A stretch of DNA of 60,000 nt, taken from Lytechinus pictus. Lineage: Eukaryota. The notes under the pieces are model-generated. The model was not told where the DNA came from. It was given only the letters and a program-made list of their open reading frames with translations, and did no database searches. Where the stretch lies: the NCBI RefSeq assembly GCF_037042905.1, contig NC_087250.1, positions 6,512,001 through 6,572,000 of the forward strand. The letters run 5' to 3'. Both the position numbers and the translations under genes were made by a program. Below are positions 59,273 through 60,000 of this stretch, piece by piece (position 1 is the stretch's first letter; every line of letters begins with the position of its first letter).

Positions 59273-60000
59273 TTTTCAACCATTTAATGGTCAATGTCAG
59301 TTCAATGTCTCCTAATTTGGATATGTCTGTATGCCATGTATGAAATTCAATACTAAAATGGATTTTACAAGTTCAGGTATCGAGGTACGTCAATTCCTCA
59401 AGGCAGCAGCTCCACGTGCGTACTTAAGCAGCATCTTCAATTGCTTGCGTGTGTACGCATGCACCTTTAGGGTTCCTTTGTGACATCAGATAAATGCGTA
59501 TCAATTTCACTGCCTATCCTTTTCAAATCTATTTTAGTCATTCGTTTACAGGGGGGTACAAAGGGTATCCAAATTCCAATACCACATTTTGATTTTAAAT
59601 TTTGCAAGCAACAAAACAAACAAAATTGCAAAGTGGCAAGTATGCCAACATTTTCATTTTGTCTGCTAAATACCTCTGCGTTTTAAATTGTATCTCTGCA
59701 AATTAATGCTAGTGGCTTTAGAAGATGGGTTTGTGACAAAAAGCTCAAACTTGTCATTTTTGTGGCAAATTATGGTTTTTCGATCAGTTAAATTTATAGA
59801 CTAGGTTTAAGCCAAAATGTTTGCACAGATAACATTTAATGTACATAAGTTAATATATAGCAGACACATTAAGCAAGTTTTGACATAATTACCACTGTGT
59901 GATATTGTTTTCTTGACATTAATATTCTGGTAGCAGAATTCAAAGACCTTAGCCCTCATTCATTATACTATGCCATTCATTATACTATGCCATAACCAAG

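Larger units (their letters stand above)
39468..60000 (+). mobile_element. Large CACTA/EnSpm(CMC)-like DNA transposon (left end here, right end beyond the window) carrying a transposase and a spliced SAM-domain gene
   Basis: Candidate terminus TA|CACACTTAAAAAT followed by subterminal TAGTCAAA/TTTGACT repeats in both orientations (39468-39680); CMC-type transposase and accessory gene downstream; matching right TIR not found in the window. Confidence 0.7.

Overview
AT-rich, repeat-dense animal genomic DNA. The repeat style suggests an echinoderm such as a sea urchin, which is an inference only. No conventional host gene could be supported; the window is a stack of nested mobile elements. From left to right: (1) a decayed Tx1/L1-clade LINE (~1.6-5.1 kb) interrupted by an antisense LINE tail; (2) a 3.9-kb modular foldback element with TGT..ACA ends (5318-9221); (3) many MITEs; (4) a CR1/L2-group LINE on the minus strand (22130-33360), split by a young non-autonomous BEL/Pao LTR element (22327-29005) with apparently identical 1188-bp LTRs, a CTTAT target-site duplication (TSD), intact gag-protease and deleted/decayed pol; (5) tRNA-derived SINEs and a CR1 fragment. 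The most interesting structure begins at ~39468 and runs off the right edge. It is a >20-kb CACTA/EnSpm(CMC)-like unit in which an intact, intronless 831-aa zinc-finger DDE transposase (47036-49531) lies on the same strand inside intron 2 of an intact 11-exon gene (39991-59272, ~570 aa). That gene encodes an N-terminal SAM domain, a repeated NLS-like block and a SAMD3-like C-terminus. Its introns hold many secondary insertions, yet both reading frames remain open.
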